Positions 26,118 to 36,999 are shown, counted from the whole stretch's first letter. The stretch is DNA of 61,660 nt, filler included, from Basidiobolus ranarum (GCA_040143965.1; 15 parts of 15 records of this genome joined end to end with filler, not necessarily neighbours in it); one strand, 5' to 3'. Made by a program: numbers and translations. The notes: a model not told the origin generated them from the letters alone.

Positions 26118-26525
26118 CACTTGTTTTCTTTTTTTTTTTGATTAGGCAAAACAGATGGCTCCTATATATTTAGGATTGGTCTGGATCTTAGCTTATTGAG
26201 TAAACTATTTTACCCATATACCGGCAAGGTCATCCCTGGCCAGCATGCTATAAAAATCCTAACGATGGATAGAACCAAGTACATGTTTAACGGCTAGAGA
26301 AATGGTTCCAGGAAAGTCTACAAGTACATCACAGAATTGAGATACTTTCTTTCTGGTGGTTTAAGTAGCTCGAGTACATAAACACGAGCACAAATGATAC
26401 GCTTAATAGAAGGATAGCATTTTACTCACATAGTTTTTCTCGCTCATTTTATATTGTATGGATACACTGTTTATTACGTATTATCATAACGAGGCTTTTA
26501 CTATTGATTCTAACGATTGCAAGAA

Positions 26526-26597
26526 GGCTTTGTGGTGTAATGGTTAGTACTCAGGGCTTTGAATCCTGTAATCCAAGTTCGATTCTCGGTGAGATCT
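26526..26597 (+). tRNA. tRNA-Gln(TTG), structurally weak (possible pseudogene)
   Basis: GGCTTTGTGGTGTAATGGTTAG..CAGGG-CTTTGAA-TCCTG..CCAAG-TTCGATT-CTCGG-TGAGATCT. C-A mismatch and several G-T pairs in the acceptor stem, A-C mismatch in the T stem. Confidence 0.75.
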
Positions 26598-26839
26598 TTC
26601 GTTTTGCAAGTATCAAACTCTTCTTTTGCTTTTATTGTTCTTTATGTTCTGCTTTTGACGATTTATACATAGTTGATAAGAAAGCTTCGGTTTCAGAGCT
26701 ATTTTGAATAACTCGCATCATTTTTCCAGAATTTGAGCACATTATTTGTGAACAAAAGACATTATGATCCTTCCGAGACCCATACTCAACAGAAAGTAAT
26801 ACGTTCATTATTTAAAACATACACCAGACCTATATATCT

Positions 26840-26911
26840 TCTCGGATAGTATAGTGGTGAGTATCCCCGCCTGTCACGCGGGAGACCTGGGTTCAATTCC
26901 CAGTCCGAGAG
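26840..26911 (+). tRNA. tRNA-Asp(GTC)
   Basis: TCTCGGA/TCCGAGA acceptor, CCCGC-CTGTCAC-GCGGG anticodon arm, CTGGG-TTCAATT-CCCAG T arm. Confidence 0.95.
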
Positions 26912-27104
26912 CTTTTAGTTTTATTTTTATGACCAAAAAAGAGTATTTTTCGAAAGTGTTGGAGCATTTGTAACCATTTAATCTAGTTTTAATCCAATTT
27001 AGTAGATCAAATAAAAATGAGGATATGTGATTTTGGAGAGATCTATCAAAAGCTTACTAAAGATCGAAAGTGATCTCAACTTTAAAGTTACTACTCTTAA
27101 ATCA

Positions 27105-27176
27105 GGCTCTATGGTCTAGTAGTATGATTCTCGCTTTGGGTGCGAGAGGTCGCGGGTTCAATTCCCGCTGGAGCCC
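27105..27176 (+). tRNA. tRNA-Pro(TGG)
   Basis: GGCTCTA/TGGAGCC acceptor, CTCGC-TTTGGGT-GCGAG anticodon arm, GCGGG-TTCAATT-CCCGC T arm. The D loop has AG in place of the usual GG. Confidence 0.9.
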
Positions 27177-27429
27177 GATTTCCTTTTTCCTTTTGACAGT
27201 TGACTCTTTTCTCAAAGCATAACTTGTATCCTAGTGTTTGTTTGTCATTACATGTTAGTAGAGGCCATTGAGTATTGGTGTGAAATCGGATTTTCATATT
27301 TTGTGGCATTTACAATTATAGCCCTCACCAATATAGAGTTCGATGCTTTAGTTATTAACCATTAGTGCGTATACCACAATGCCGTAGACAAAAGATTCAA
27401 ATGGTGATATATTTGTCACTAACCTAGAA

Positions 27430-27502
27430 GCTTCCTTAGCGCAGTTGGCAGCGCGTTAGTCTCATAATCTGAAGGTCGCCAGTTCGATCCTGGCAGGGAG
27501 CA
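27430..27502 (+). tRNA. tRNA-Met(CAT), elongator type
   Basis: GCTTCCT/AGGGAGC acceptor (G1, not A1), anticodon loop CTCATAA, and a normal TTCGATC T loop rather than the initiator ATCG. Confidence 0.93.
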
Positions 27503-27855
27503 ATCTTTTATATATTGCTGATTTTTTGTATGGCTTGGTGTAATTCTTTCTCTGGTTCAGTGAAAGATTCACGAAGAATCTTCAAAACTCTTTTATCTCT
27601 AGTCATGTTTAAGAGATACACTGAACTGGTTTCTTGGCTATTCCAGTGATGGTTTTGCCACAAATGGAGCACTCGATCTCTTTATTTACCTAAGATCGAA
27701 ATTCATTGTAAACGTGTTTGGTTAGTAGTGACAAATAGACAAGCCTGGCGGGTACGTAGTATTGCATCCAAAGCTTCTGCAACAAGACAGTAAAGAAACA
27801 AGAAAACAGAGATGGTTTAATCTTTATTGCGTAACCATTAATATCATTTATAATT

Positions 27856-27929
27856 GCCCCCGTGGCCTAATTGGATAAGGCATCAGACTTCTAATCTGAG
27901 GATTGTGGGTTCGAGTCCCACCGGGGGTG
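27856..27929 (+). tRNA. tRNA-Arg(TCT)
   Basis: GCCCCCG/CGGGGGT acceptor, TCAGA-CTTCTAA-TCTGA anticodon arm, GTGGG-TTCGAGT-CCCAC T arm. Intronless. Confidence 0.95.
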
Positions 27930-28311
27930 TATTTTCCCTTTTTAGTTACAAAACCATCGTTAGGATGCATACCTACATATGTGAGCTCTGTTTATTGTTT
28001 CCTATATTTAGAGCAAGTTTGAGCCTTATTTGCCATGATTTAAAGGTAGAAGCACTTTTGCTGCATTCATTGGATCATGATTTATGGGACATTTGCTTTA
28101 GTTTATCATGTGGGTTAATCACCTTGGAACAAAATGACTCTATATTCTAACCACCTTTATATTTATCTGATATGACAACAATTTAACTGTGGTATATAAA
28201 TGTAGAATCGCATGCTTTCAACTCCCATCACTTCCTAACCACGGAACATCGTCTAAATGTAGGTAAGTCGTTTTTCTTGGATACAAAGAAAAGAATACAT
28301 GCAAAGAAATG

Positions 28312-28383
28312 TTCCCCATCGGGGAATCGAACCCCGGCCGTCTCGGTGAAAGCGAGAAATCCTAACCACTGGACCAATGAGGA
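28312..28383 (-). tRNA. tRNA-Glu(TTC)
   Basis: TCCTCAT/ATGGGGA acceptor, TCTCG-CTTTCAC-CGAGA anticodon arm, CGGGG-TTCGATT-CCCCG T arm. Confidence 0.95.
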
Positions 28384-28653
28384 ATCTTATACCTGTCTTC
28401 CTTGTGGTAGCTATATATAATGTTTTCTTGTATTTAGTGTTCTGCGGAGCATGGTTTGCCTCTCCTTTGGATAATCCATAATGAAAAGTACAGTTTCTCC
28501 GCGCTCTTGATACTAGTGACTTAATCATACTCTGGTAGCTCACACACTTCTCATCGTTACTATGCCTTTATAGCATTGTAACCATGTATCAGTGTATCAA
28601 TCATAAGCGGCAAATACGGTGTCTGGTATGGATTCCATTGATCCTTTTTGGTG

Positions 28654-28764
28654 CACTATCATAAATGTGGGTGCATTGTGTTTAGGGTTAGTTAAAAGTA
28701 CAGAAATATTTTGCAAGCAAGGGGCGCTCCAAATACTGTGATGACTTGTAGCAAAATTTTGCAT
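28654..28764 (+). repeat. 111-bp terminal direct repeat, copy 2 (contig end)
   Basis: Exact match to 24746-24856, giving a period of 3908 bp. Confidence 0.97.
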
Positions 28765-29645
28765 NNNNNNNNNNNNNNNNNNNNNNNNNNNNNNNNNNNN
28801 NNNNNNNNTTAATTAATTAANNNNNNNNNNNNNNNNNNNNNNNNNNNNNNNNNNNNNNNNNNNNCATAGCTCATGAAACTTCAGCAACTCTGATTCACCC
28901 TCTCACTCCACCTCTATAATACACAGCAATAAAAAATAGCCATCCTATGTATTTCCATATATGAAAGGATATCTCATTTGTTTCATCGACTGATCTGCTC
29001 ATCATCGAGTTCTAACTACCAGTCATATGTATTGTGCATCTTGAGATACATGTCATGCTAGAAAGATGTGCAGCCCAGCAAATGACTCCAGAGGATCATT
29101 ATTTTCTCTTTCCACAGTGAGAAATGAGCATTGAAGAGCCTCCAGTGGCAAGTAGGGTTGTCTTTGGTAGGTGAGGTAAGTCATTGCTAAATGTCTTCTT
29201 TAGATTCTCTATCCGTAATTTGACTATCAAATCTCATGTCATTTCAGATATCTTGTGGGAAGGTATGTTGTAGCACAGATACTGAGTGATGCCAGTTGTC
29301 ATATTGTCACAAATACTGCGTCTAATTTTAGCCATGCATGTTTTTCGTTACTAGCAGTAGATGGGGTTGTAAGATTTAGTATGTATGTGATAGCATATAT
29401 GAGCCATTGATCTATACTTGGTTGATGTATAATTATTTTTAAATCGACCTCAGTACATGCATATTCTTAACGGCCAACTACTAATCTGATGTCAGCTAAT
29501 GTATATCTAGCGAATCATTTCTTGTTTGAGATTCTCATTGGCAACATCAACTACATTTAGCCATTGCAGGTATTAAGCTTCAGACTTTTAAGGCGCTGCT
29601 ATGTTTTATAGATAATAAACTAGTCCTTCACTTCCACTACCAAGT

Positions 29646-30570
29646 ATGATACAAGATATGACTGTAGCCCGGGACAAATACCTGAACACGCTCAAGCGCC
29701 CGTACTACATAGCTATGACCACTTCAGGTTCAGATTTCGATGAGGACAGCGAGTATACCTATACTGAAACTGGAAGTTACTTTGGTGGCTGCCGCCCATT
29801 TCTCTTACGAAATGAAGATTGGCCCGAGTGTGGACAATGCGATGAATTGAGTAAGAACGGTTCTCTTACTGATAAGGTCGTTTTATTATACGAACTGATT
29901 CTAGACCAATTCTTTTTCTTTCACTAGTGTCTTTTTTCTTTCAAATTGATCTTGCAAAAGTCTCAGACGAGCAAGAGTTCAAAGAGGCAACCGGTGGAGT
30001 TGGTTTATTGCAACTATTTGTATGTACTGGTGATAATTGTTGCGAGTAAGTGGATTTATATTGAATAGGAAGCAATCAGAATTATTGACTTGTGTCAGAA
30101 CGTTCGAAGCCTTAAACGATGCATCTTTGATTCGGATTCTTTCACCGGAGCAATGTAATGTATCCCCAAACCCAAACAAACTTCGAAAATTCGAGTTATC
30201 AGAAGAGAGCGAGATATTTCCTGAGCGTGAGATTCGATATTGGGCAAAAGGTGGTGAAGATCTACCATCTATGGAAGAACTTGGAGAACTCCTGGAAGAA
30301 GCCAAGCTACCTATGATCGAATATGACGAAAATGAAGCTGACCCAGAATTAGCTATGAGTGGTATTAAACTCCTCGGTTGGCCGAATTGGGTACAATTCC
30401 CTGAGCGTTATAAATGTCGTAAATCTGACTGTACTCGAACTATGACGTTCTTGATGCAACTTGAAAATTCTGACGATATGCCTCATATTTGGGGTGATCT
30501 AGGAACTGCTTATGTACAGCAATGCCCGGAACATAAGGATAGTCTTACGTTTATTTGGCAATGCGGTTGA
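29646..30570 (+). CDS. DUF1963/YwqG-like protein, three exons
   Basis: Introns at about 29851-29927 (GTAAGA..CTAG) and 30046-30098 (GTAAGT..TCAG) join YFGG.RP..WPECGQC..LMSFFFQIDL..GLLQLFVC to KLLGWPNWVQ..C..C..MTFLMQL..WGDLGTAYV.QCPEH..WQCG. Confidence 0.78.
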
Positions 30571-30736
30571 TCTTGTTAGTGAATCACCTATGTCAACCAT
30601 TGTAAGCAAATAATTATAAAAGATGAATTGTGCAAGCGTTTGAATATCTCTTCACAACCCATGCAAAAAAGATGTCACAATTTTTTATTACAAATAAGAG
30701 TATATTACAGAAAGAATCTTTTTGGAGTGAGTAGTC

Positions 30737-31408
30737 TTACCGCTTAATTAGGAACTTCCAACCAAATAAAGCTGCCTTCCTCGCTAAACCAGGAGCCAAA
30801 AAAGCAGCCAACGGTATACGTAATGGAGTCAATAGTTTATGTATCCCAAGAGCGATCAATAGAGTTGATGTCCATGACAATGAACCACTACGCATTTGCT
30901 CCTCGGCCTCACCATTTTCCGAAGGCACTTTACCAATTCCTAAAAATCCGTACCACTTATACAAAGTCTCTCTAATAGGCTTGACATACTGTTCACCACC
31001 CACACGCACCAGCCATAAGGTGAATAGATAATCTACAACCGATACTCCCAGATATGCTACAGAAGCAACCTTTCCATACTTTCTCAAGAAGCCTGGCTTT
31101 TTTTCCTTCTTCTTACCGAGCCCAAATAGAGTTCGCTGAAGGATAGTTGTAGGCAAACGTACTCCCCTGTAGTATTCTAATGATGAATTGATATGGGGAC
31201 GATATGCACCTGATGGTGAGAGGGGAGTATTCCGAGCGGCAGAGTGAAAGTTTGTTACTCTCACAGGTGAGATTGGGAATATGGCAGGTTTAGTTTGATT
31301 CTGGATTACAGTTCGTAAAACGATGGGATTACTTCTATACGATCTAAGAATCATCGTAGACACCTTAGAAACTTTTTGAAGCGTTACCCCTTGTTGAATT
31401 AAACCCAT
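30737..31408 (-). CDS. DUF1279 (FAM210/Nat2-like) mitochondrial membrane protein
   Basis: Arg/Ser-rich presequence-like N-terminus, FLRKYGKVASVAYLGVSVVD and LIALGIHKLLTPLRIPLA..LAP motifs. Likely ATG at 31408. Confidence 0.8.
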   Translation of the reverse strand: MGLIQQGVTLQKVSKVSTMILRSYRSNPIVLRTVIQNQTKPAIFPISPVRVTNFHSAARNTPLSPSGAYRPHINSSLEYYRGVRLPTTILQRTLFGLGKKKEKKPGFLRKYGKVASVAYLGVSVVDYLFTLWLVRVGGEQYVKPIRETLYKWYGFLGIGKVPSENGEAEEQMRSGSLSWTSTLLIALGIHKLLTPLRIPLAAFLAPGLARKAALFGWKFLIKR

Positions 31409-32565
31409 TCTATAATTGAAGTAGGAGCAATATAGTAGTATTGAGGTGGGAATGTTCCGATCATCCAAGTTTTATAGTGTTCTTGATCTGTGAAATTTCT
31501 TGAAAAATTCAACTAAACCTAAAAGTGACGATTCACTGGTGAATTCCCAAATATAGATGATTGTCACAGTTTGCCTCATCATTGATACGATTAGCAAGTG
31601 CAAATCACTTGAACCAAATTCACGAAAGCGAATGATTTCAACCAAGCATTTGTGATAGTGTAGCAACCTACTTGGCCGACGTCATGATGGAAACGTCATC
31701 TTTTCCATTTATCACAGGACAGATACCATTAGAAGGCCATAAGAAACGTGTATACAGTGAATCAACACATCAAATGGAATGTTAATAAATAATCTGTTAG
31801 CCAGATGGTTTGCAAGATAGCTCTAAGGTTACCAGTAATGGCTATGCATAAGTTATCTAGCCACTTGAGTATACGATAACATGAGTGTGTAATATTATGC
31901 TAGGAATGACTATTCAGCAAATCTGTGAGCCCAAAAGAGCACCATTGGCGCGTTTAATAAAGATCGCAATTTTGCCAAGCCTTGAAAGACCAAGTAGTCA
32001 ACCCATCTTGTGTTACTATTTGGTTATCATAGGCTTACTGTTAATGGGTGTTCAGATGAGCAGTAGTTGAATACTTTAATCAGATCTTATTCGGATATTA
32101 TCATACACCTGTGAATTATTTGTAAATATTTGAAAGATGCATTTTGACAATTGCCTCTATCTTTCCATTTTTCCATTCACCTGAATAAGGTAGTATTAGA
32201 CAGCTGAAGCTTTACTTGCCTTCTTTAAAACAATTCACTAAACGGAGTTTTATAAGAATGTATCAGTAATGCATACAATGTCTTGTTCTTTAGCAAACAC
32301 CGACTCAATTGGCACTATGTTTTCTCTAGTTTTGATTTTCACTGTTATGTGAGATTTGTTAGTTTGAGAGGATCAGGGTCTGATGGTGAAGAATACTCAA
32401 GTGATGATCCTTGATCTTAAAAATGGAAAATAATTGAGGTCCCAATCGCGGTGAATGTTATGATTTTGAAAAACGATCCCCAATTTGCTAATGCTAGGGT
32501 GGAATCATAAAAACCTGAAGTGAATTACTAGCTCTACCTCCTTTTCTGTTTAGACATCCGTCAAC

Positions 32566-32883
32566 ATGAGGTAAGCATCTATTTCTAATTCAGTCATCCA
32601 TCAGTTTTAGTTTGGATGGGTTTCCTTGAATTCTATAGAATCTGGTTATTAATGTAAATTTATAGCAAGATCTCCGTCGCCGCTGTCAGAGAATGCGTTC
32701 GCACTCTCATGACCGAATCCCAAGAGAAACAACGCAAGTTCACTGAAACTGTTGAACTTCAAATTGGTCTCAAGAACTACGATCCCCAACGTGATAAACG
32801 TTTCTCTGGAACCGTCAAGCTTCCTCACGTTCCTCGTCCCAAGATGTCTGTTTGCATTCTTGGTGATGCTCATCACTGTGATG
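32566..32883 (+). CDS. RPL1: 60S ribosomal protein uL1 (L1/L10a), 5' part
   Basis: ATGAG, then intron 32571-32665, then C AAG ATC. Gives [42 protein letters not shown]. Confidence 0.97.
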
Positions 32884-32983
32884 NNNNNNNNNNNNNNNNN
32901 NNNNNNNNNNNNNNNNNNNNNNNNNNNTTAATTAATTAANNNNNNNNNNNNNNNNNNNNNNNNNNNNNNNNNNNNNNNNNNNN

Positions 32984-35900
32984 AGTCAATAAATGACCTG
33001 CCACAAGTAGATGTATCATTGCTGGAACAAAATACTCTATGGCTGAAATCATAATTCTGCTTATCTTGATCTATCTTACTAAGAAGTTTGTCTTGCAATT
33101 ATTTAAGTCCTCTGTTCTGGCTTGTTTTTTTTTCTTTTTTGCCAGCAGGCTTTTACTTGGAAGCCAATTTGGATATAGATTTTGAATGTTTTTCAATGGC
33201 ATTGAAATAATCAGATGGTAAGCTTGGTATTTTGAGATCTTGTAGAAACCACTGATGATAAGCTGCAATTGCCATTCATGACCAGAGATGTCTGGCAAAT
33301 TTGTTGATGACTCATCTATGACATTGTCTCAAAATCCGCTCATTTTGTTGATAGGGTGTACCAAAATACTACTCTTACATAGGAGGTGTTCTTTTTTTCT
33401 AAAATAACTTTCTCATGCTGCAACACAAATGTTTAAAGAAGCCCTGCTATTATTGTCACAAATTCTTGTGCTTTGAAAGGCAGAGGCTTCATAGAACAAA
33501 ATATTATAAGCTTGGTCACTATACAAAGCAACCAGCTACATAAAGCCTGGTCTATATCAATGGTAATTAGTGCGAAAAATGACTTTAGTTTTGCCCCCTG
33601 AGTCTGCTAGCTGTGCTTTATCTTGAAGTTTGGGTAACATGGCTGAAAGTTGACATAACATGGAGTTGCCATAGTTGTAGACCAGAATACTGGAGGTAGA
33701 AATACAACTTTGGTTGAACCAGCAAGTCCAGAATACTTTACAGACATACTGCTAGATGTTGACCTTGTGTATTCCAATATTGAAGGTAGTATATCAGAAG
33801 ATGATGAAGAAGATGACTGTTTTGTCATGGACTCTTTGTTATTGGCAAGTATTAGTCCAATCATAACACTTACAATAAAGGAAGCAACTTGGATTTTTGA
33901 GGAGTGGTGAGTTCAATCCAATCTTAGTAACTAGGTGTTTATTGGGTTTGTTATACTTTTATCACCATTGATGGGCACCTGATGCTTGCCACAGACCTGG
34001 CACATGTAGAAAACACTTGTCAATTGTATTACTTGTAATGCTTCAGTAATGTTAATATTTCCATGTTGAAATGGTTTTTGGCATTCACCGGTGATCTGAT
34101 AAACTGAAGTCACTGTTTGCACACAATTGGCAACACTAAAACTGGTAAATGTTGTTCACATTTGGCACACATACTGTTGATTCCATGTTTTAAAGTTTTG
34201 ATGTAATCACTCAAATATAGATCAATGATCCATTACCAAAGTGCTCACCACAAACCCAATGGTGTTACAAATATACTTGATGGATATCAGTACTAGAATC
34301 TCAAAAGTCAAAGTTTCTTTGATAACACAGAGGATCATGCACTTGCATTGGCTCTGGATGGTTTCCCACTAAACAAATATACTGTCATAGAGGCTTCTGA
34401 CCAATAATTCTGATTAACTGAAATTGTCCTCCTTCTGAGTGATATAACAGTCAAAATATTTTGATACTATCCATCATATCTGGGCCTAAATCACCAGTGC
34501 TTAAAGAGTACCTCTTGAAGCCTAAGATTGCTGAATTTTAATAGCTATCCAATGGGATTCAGATGGAGGAATATTTTTTACAGCTAATATCATTGTATAT
34601 ATTGGTGATGCTCCTGCCATCAGTCAACTTTGAGGTGTTTGTGTGCAAAATTCACCATCTTGCTGTATATCTTGTGAAATCAACAGAGTTTGCTCTAGCA
34701 GGCATAAAATTTCCTACTTTCCAAATAGAATACTAAGCCTTATAATTTAATGGTCAAGAGCCCAGTCCAATTTTAACACTTGCACTGATATCAATTCACC
34801 ACGTAGTGAGTTCAATGTCAAACTTGGGATCTGGGTAAGCCTTAGATTTTATTTTTAGAGGGGATCAGCTGGAGCCAGGGCTTCCCATTAGGCACTATGC
34901 ACTGGCTTTTCAATAACATTCCAATATTACTTGCTTGGCTATTTAGCAGGAAATTCAATCTGAATTAACCATACAAGATAGGATCAACTTTCGAATCAAT
35001 TGAGAAAATATATGAAAACCTCAAGATATCATCATATTTTGCTAGAACTCCAATCAATATCCACTTATCTAGGGGTTTATTTAAAAGCACAGACTGCAAG
35101 TATTGGTTTTATATATATTTAAGCAGATACTTTTGAAGATATCTGCATGAGAATTATTAACCTCATTGGGAGTTGTTTGTGGATATTGTTAATATATTCT
35201 CATGGCATCAACTCCCATTGACAGATTGCAGGACCCTAGCAAAAATAAAATGATTTAATCTGGATTGGATCTACCCTTCTGGATTGCAAAACCACTCAAG
35301 AACCATCAAAATATTGGTGGCTTGCATTCTGCCAGGGATTTTGCTGTTAACATGGTAGCTTCTTGATGGTATCTTAATGGTATTCATATATGGTAAAATG
35401 GTGATCCTGATATTTGGCATGCATTCTCTAATTTTTGATAAATTTTGCTACAAACTAATTTTTGAATGGCGAATTACATGGTTTACTGCTATAGGAATTC
35501 AAATCAATATGAATGCCTTAACTTAGATATTTTTTGCTTTGTATTTAAGCCATAATGAGAATCAAAAAATTAACAATCTTGTTGTGTTTAGTCTCTACAT
35601 ATGCACAAACTTGAGCGATCAGATGTAACTCAAAAACATCAATATGCTTTACCAGGAAACTAATGGTGGGAAAATTACTAATCATCTGAATTTTAGAAAA
35701 GCACTGCCACCTAGAAAATAGCTACCTCTTGTTACCATTCACAATGAGAATACGCTCTTGGATTTTGGTAAATTTCTGTAACAAATTCAGTCAATATATC
35801 CCCAAGTTGCAGTCTACCAATGTCTTGCCACAAGTAGATATGTCATTGCTTCAATAGATTACCCCATGGCTAAAAAAATATTACTGCATATCTTGATCTA

Positions 35901-36237
35901 TCTCACCGACGAGTCTGTCTAGTAGCTTTCCTAGAAATATCATAAGATTATCACATATAAAATTAGTCCAAATTATAGAGGTACTTACTCTGTGTCCATG
36001 GATTGGGTTTTGTTGCTGTTATTGAGCTCAAACAATGCAAAAACCCATGAGCATATTGAAAAGAGCCTTTTGTTGGGAGGCTAATGCATTCTGGAGTTTC
36101 CTTCACCCATTGCATTACATCTATCACCGATTTTGCTGATACATTGTTTATCAGATTAGCATGCAGTTATGCTAGCAATTTTATACAGAGTATCATTTCA
36201 CTGCAAGTGTGCTCCATAGGGAACTCCCAGAAAGTAC
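32984..36237. mobile_element. Scrambled, degenerate CACTA/EnSpm-like (Tnp2-type transposase) remnants
   Basis: Plus strand, about 34330-34690: HALALALDGFPL..WPIILIN..PP..ISGPKSP..IGDAPAI..CC..C. Minus strand near 36230: FWEFPMEH.C. Homologous blocks recur in 41215-43800. Boundaries are approximate. Confidence 0.65.
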
Positions 36238-36589
36238 TGTTGAAATTAGGTAAATAGCAACACATTATTTAGTGTTTAGTTTATTCATACTCTGATTATT
36301 TAGTACTCAATTCTGTCATTCAAAAATGTGTGCTTATTGCTCTAATTGATAGAAATATCAATTAGATCACTTATACCAATATTCACTATTTTCTCAAAAC
36401 ATCTCCAAATCACCTCAAATTTTCACCCATGTTTACCAGGCATGTTTTTTATGATCTAAACATGTCCAATAGTCCTATTTCATAGTAAACTATAAATAGG
36501 ACATATTCAATTCAATAAAACTTAAGTGTCTGATTCACAAATCTAAATCTTGTCTAAAACACTTCCAAATCCCCTAAACACTTTTATCA
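36238..36589 (+). repeat. Copia 5' LTR (352 bp)
   Basis: TGTTGAAATTAGG...TTTTATCA (TG..CA), directly followed by a PBS and gag. Homologous to 10154-10535 and 11350-11700. Confidence 0.88.
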
Positions 36590-36601
36590 GGTTATGAGCC
36601 C
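36590..36601 (+). promoter_or_regulatory. Primer-binding site complementary to the tRNAiMet anticodon arm
   Basis: GGTTATGAGCCC directly after the LTR. Confidence 0.85.
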
Positions 36602-36620
36602 CAAGCTAGCTGTTAAATGA

Positions 36621-36999
36621 ATGTCTACCAGTTCTATTACCAACATCTTTGCATCCACAGAGAAGTTTGATGGTGAAGGCTTCCATCTTTGGAACTTCAA
36701 GATACAAATGGTGGTAGAAGACAAGGACCTTTGGGGATTTGTTACAGAAGTAGAAATTGAGCCAAAGGGACCACCAGAAGCCATCCTTGTCTTTCACAAG
36801 AAGCATAGGAAAGCACTCTCTACACTTTGTCCACATCTTGGAGACTCTCAATTGAGGCACATACAATCAGCCAAAAACATCCAAAAAACTTGGGAAACAC
36901 TTGAGGGACTATATGAGACTAAAAGTCTGGCTAATAGGCTATATCTTAGGCGAAAATTGTTCTCAATTCAGATGAATCCTGATGATTCTATGCTTAATC
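36621..36999 (+). mobile_element. Ty1/copia gag N-terminus, open frame to the contig end
   Basis: EKFDGEGFHLWNFKIQMVVEDKDLWGFV..KALSTL..TWETLEGLYE..LANRLYLRRKLFSIQM (DUF4219/UBN2-type). Confidence 0.9.

Noticed and set aside
26504-28543. Short ORFs in the tRNA contig (26504, 27109, 27854, 28253)
   Set aside because: They are chance translations across tRNA genes and AT-rich spacers, with no recognisable domains.
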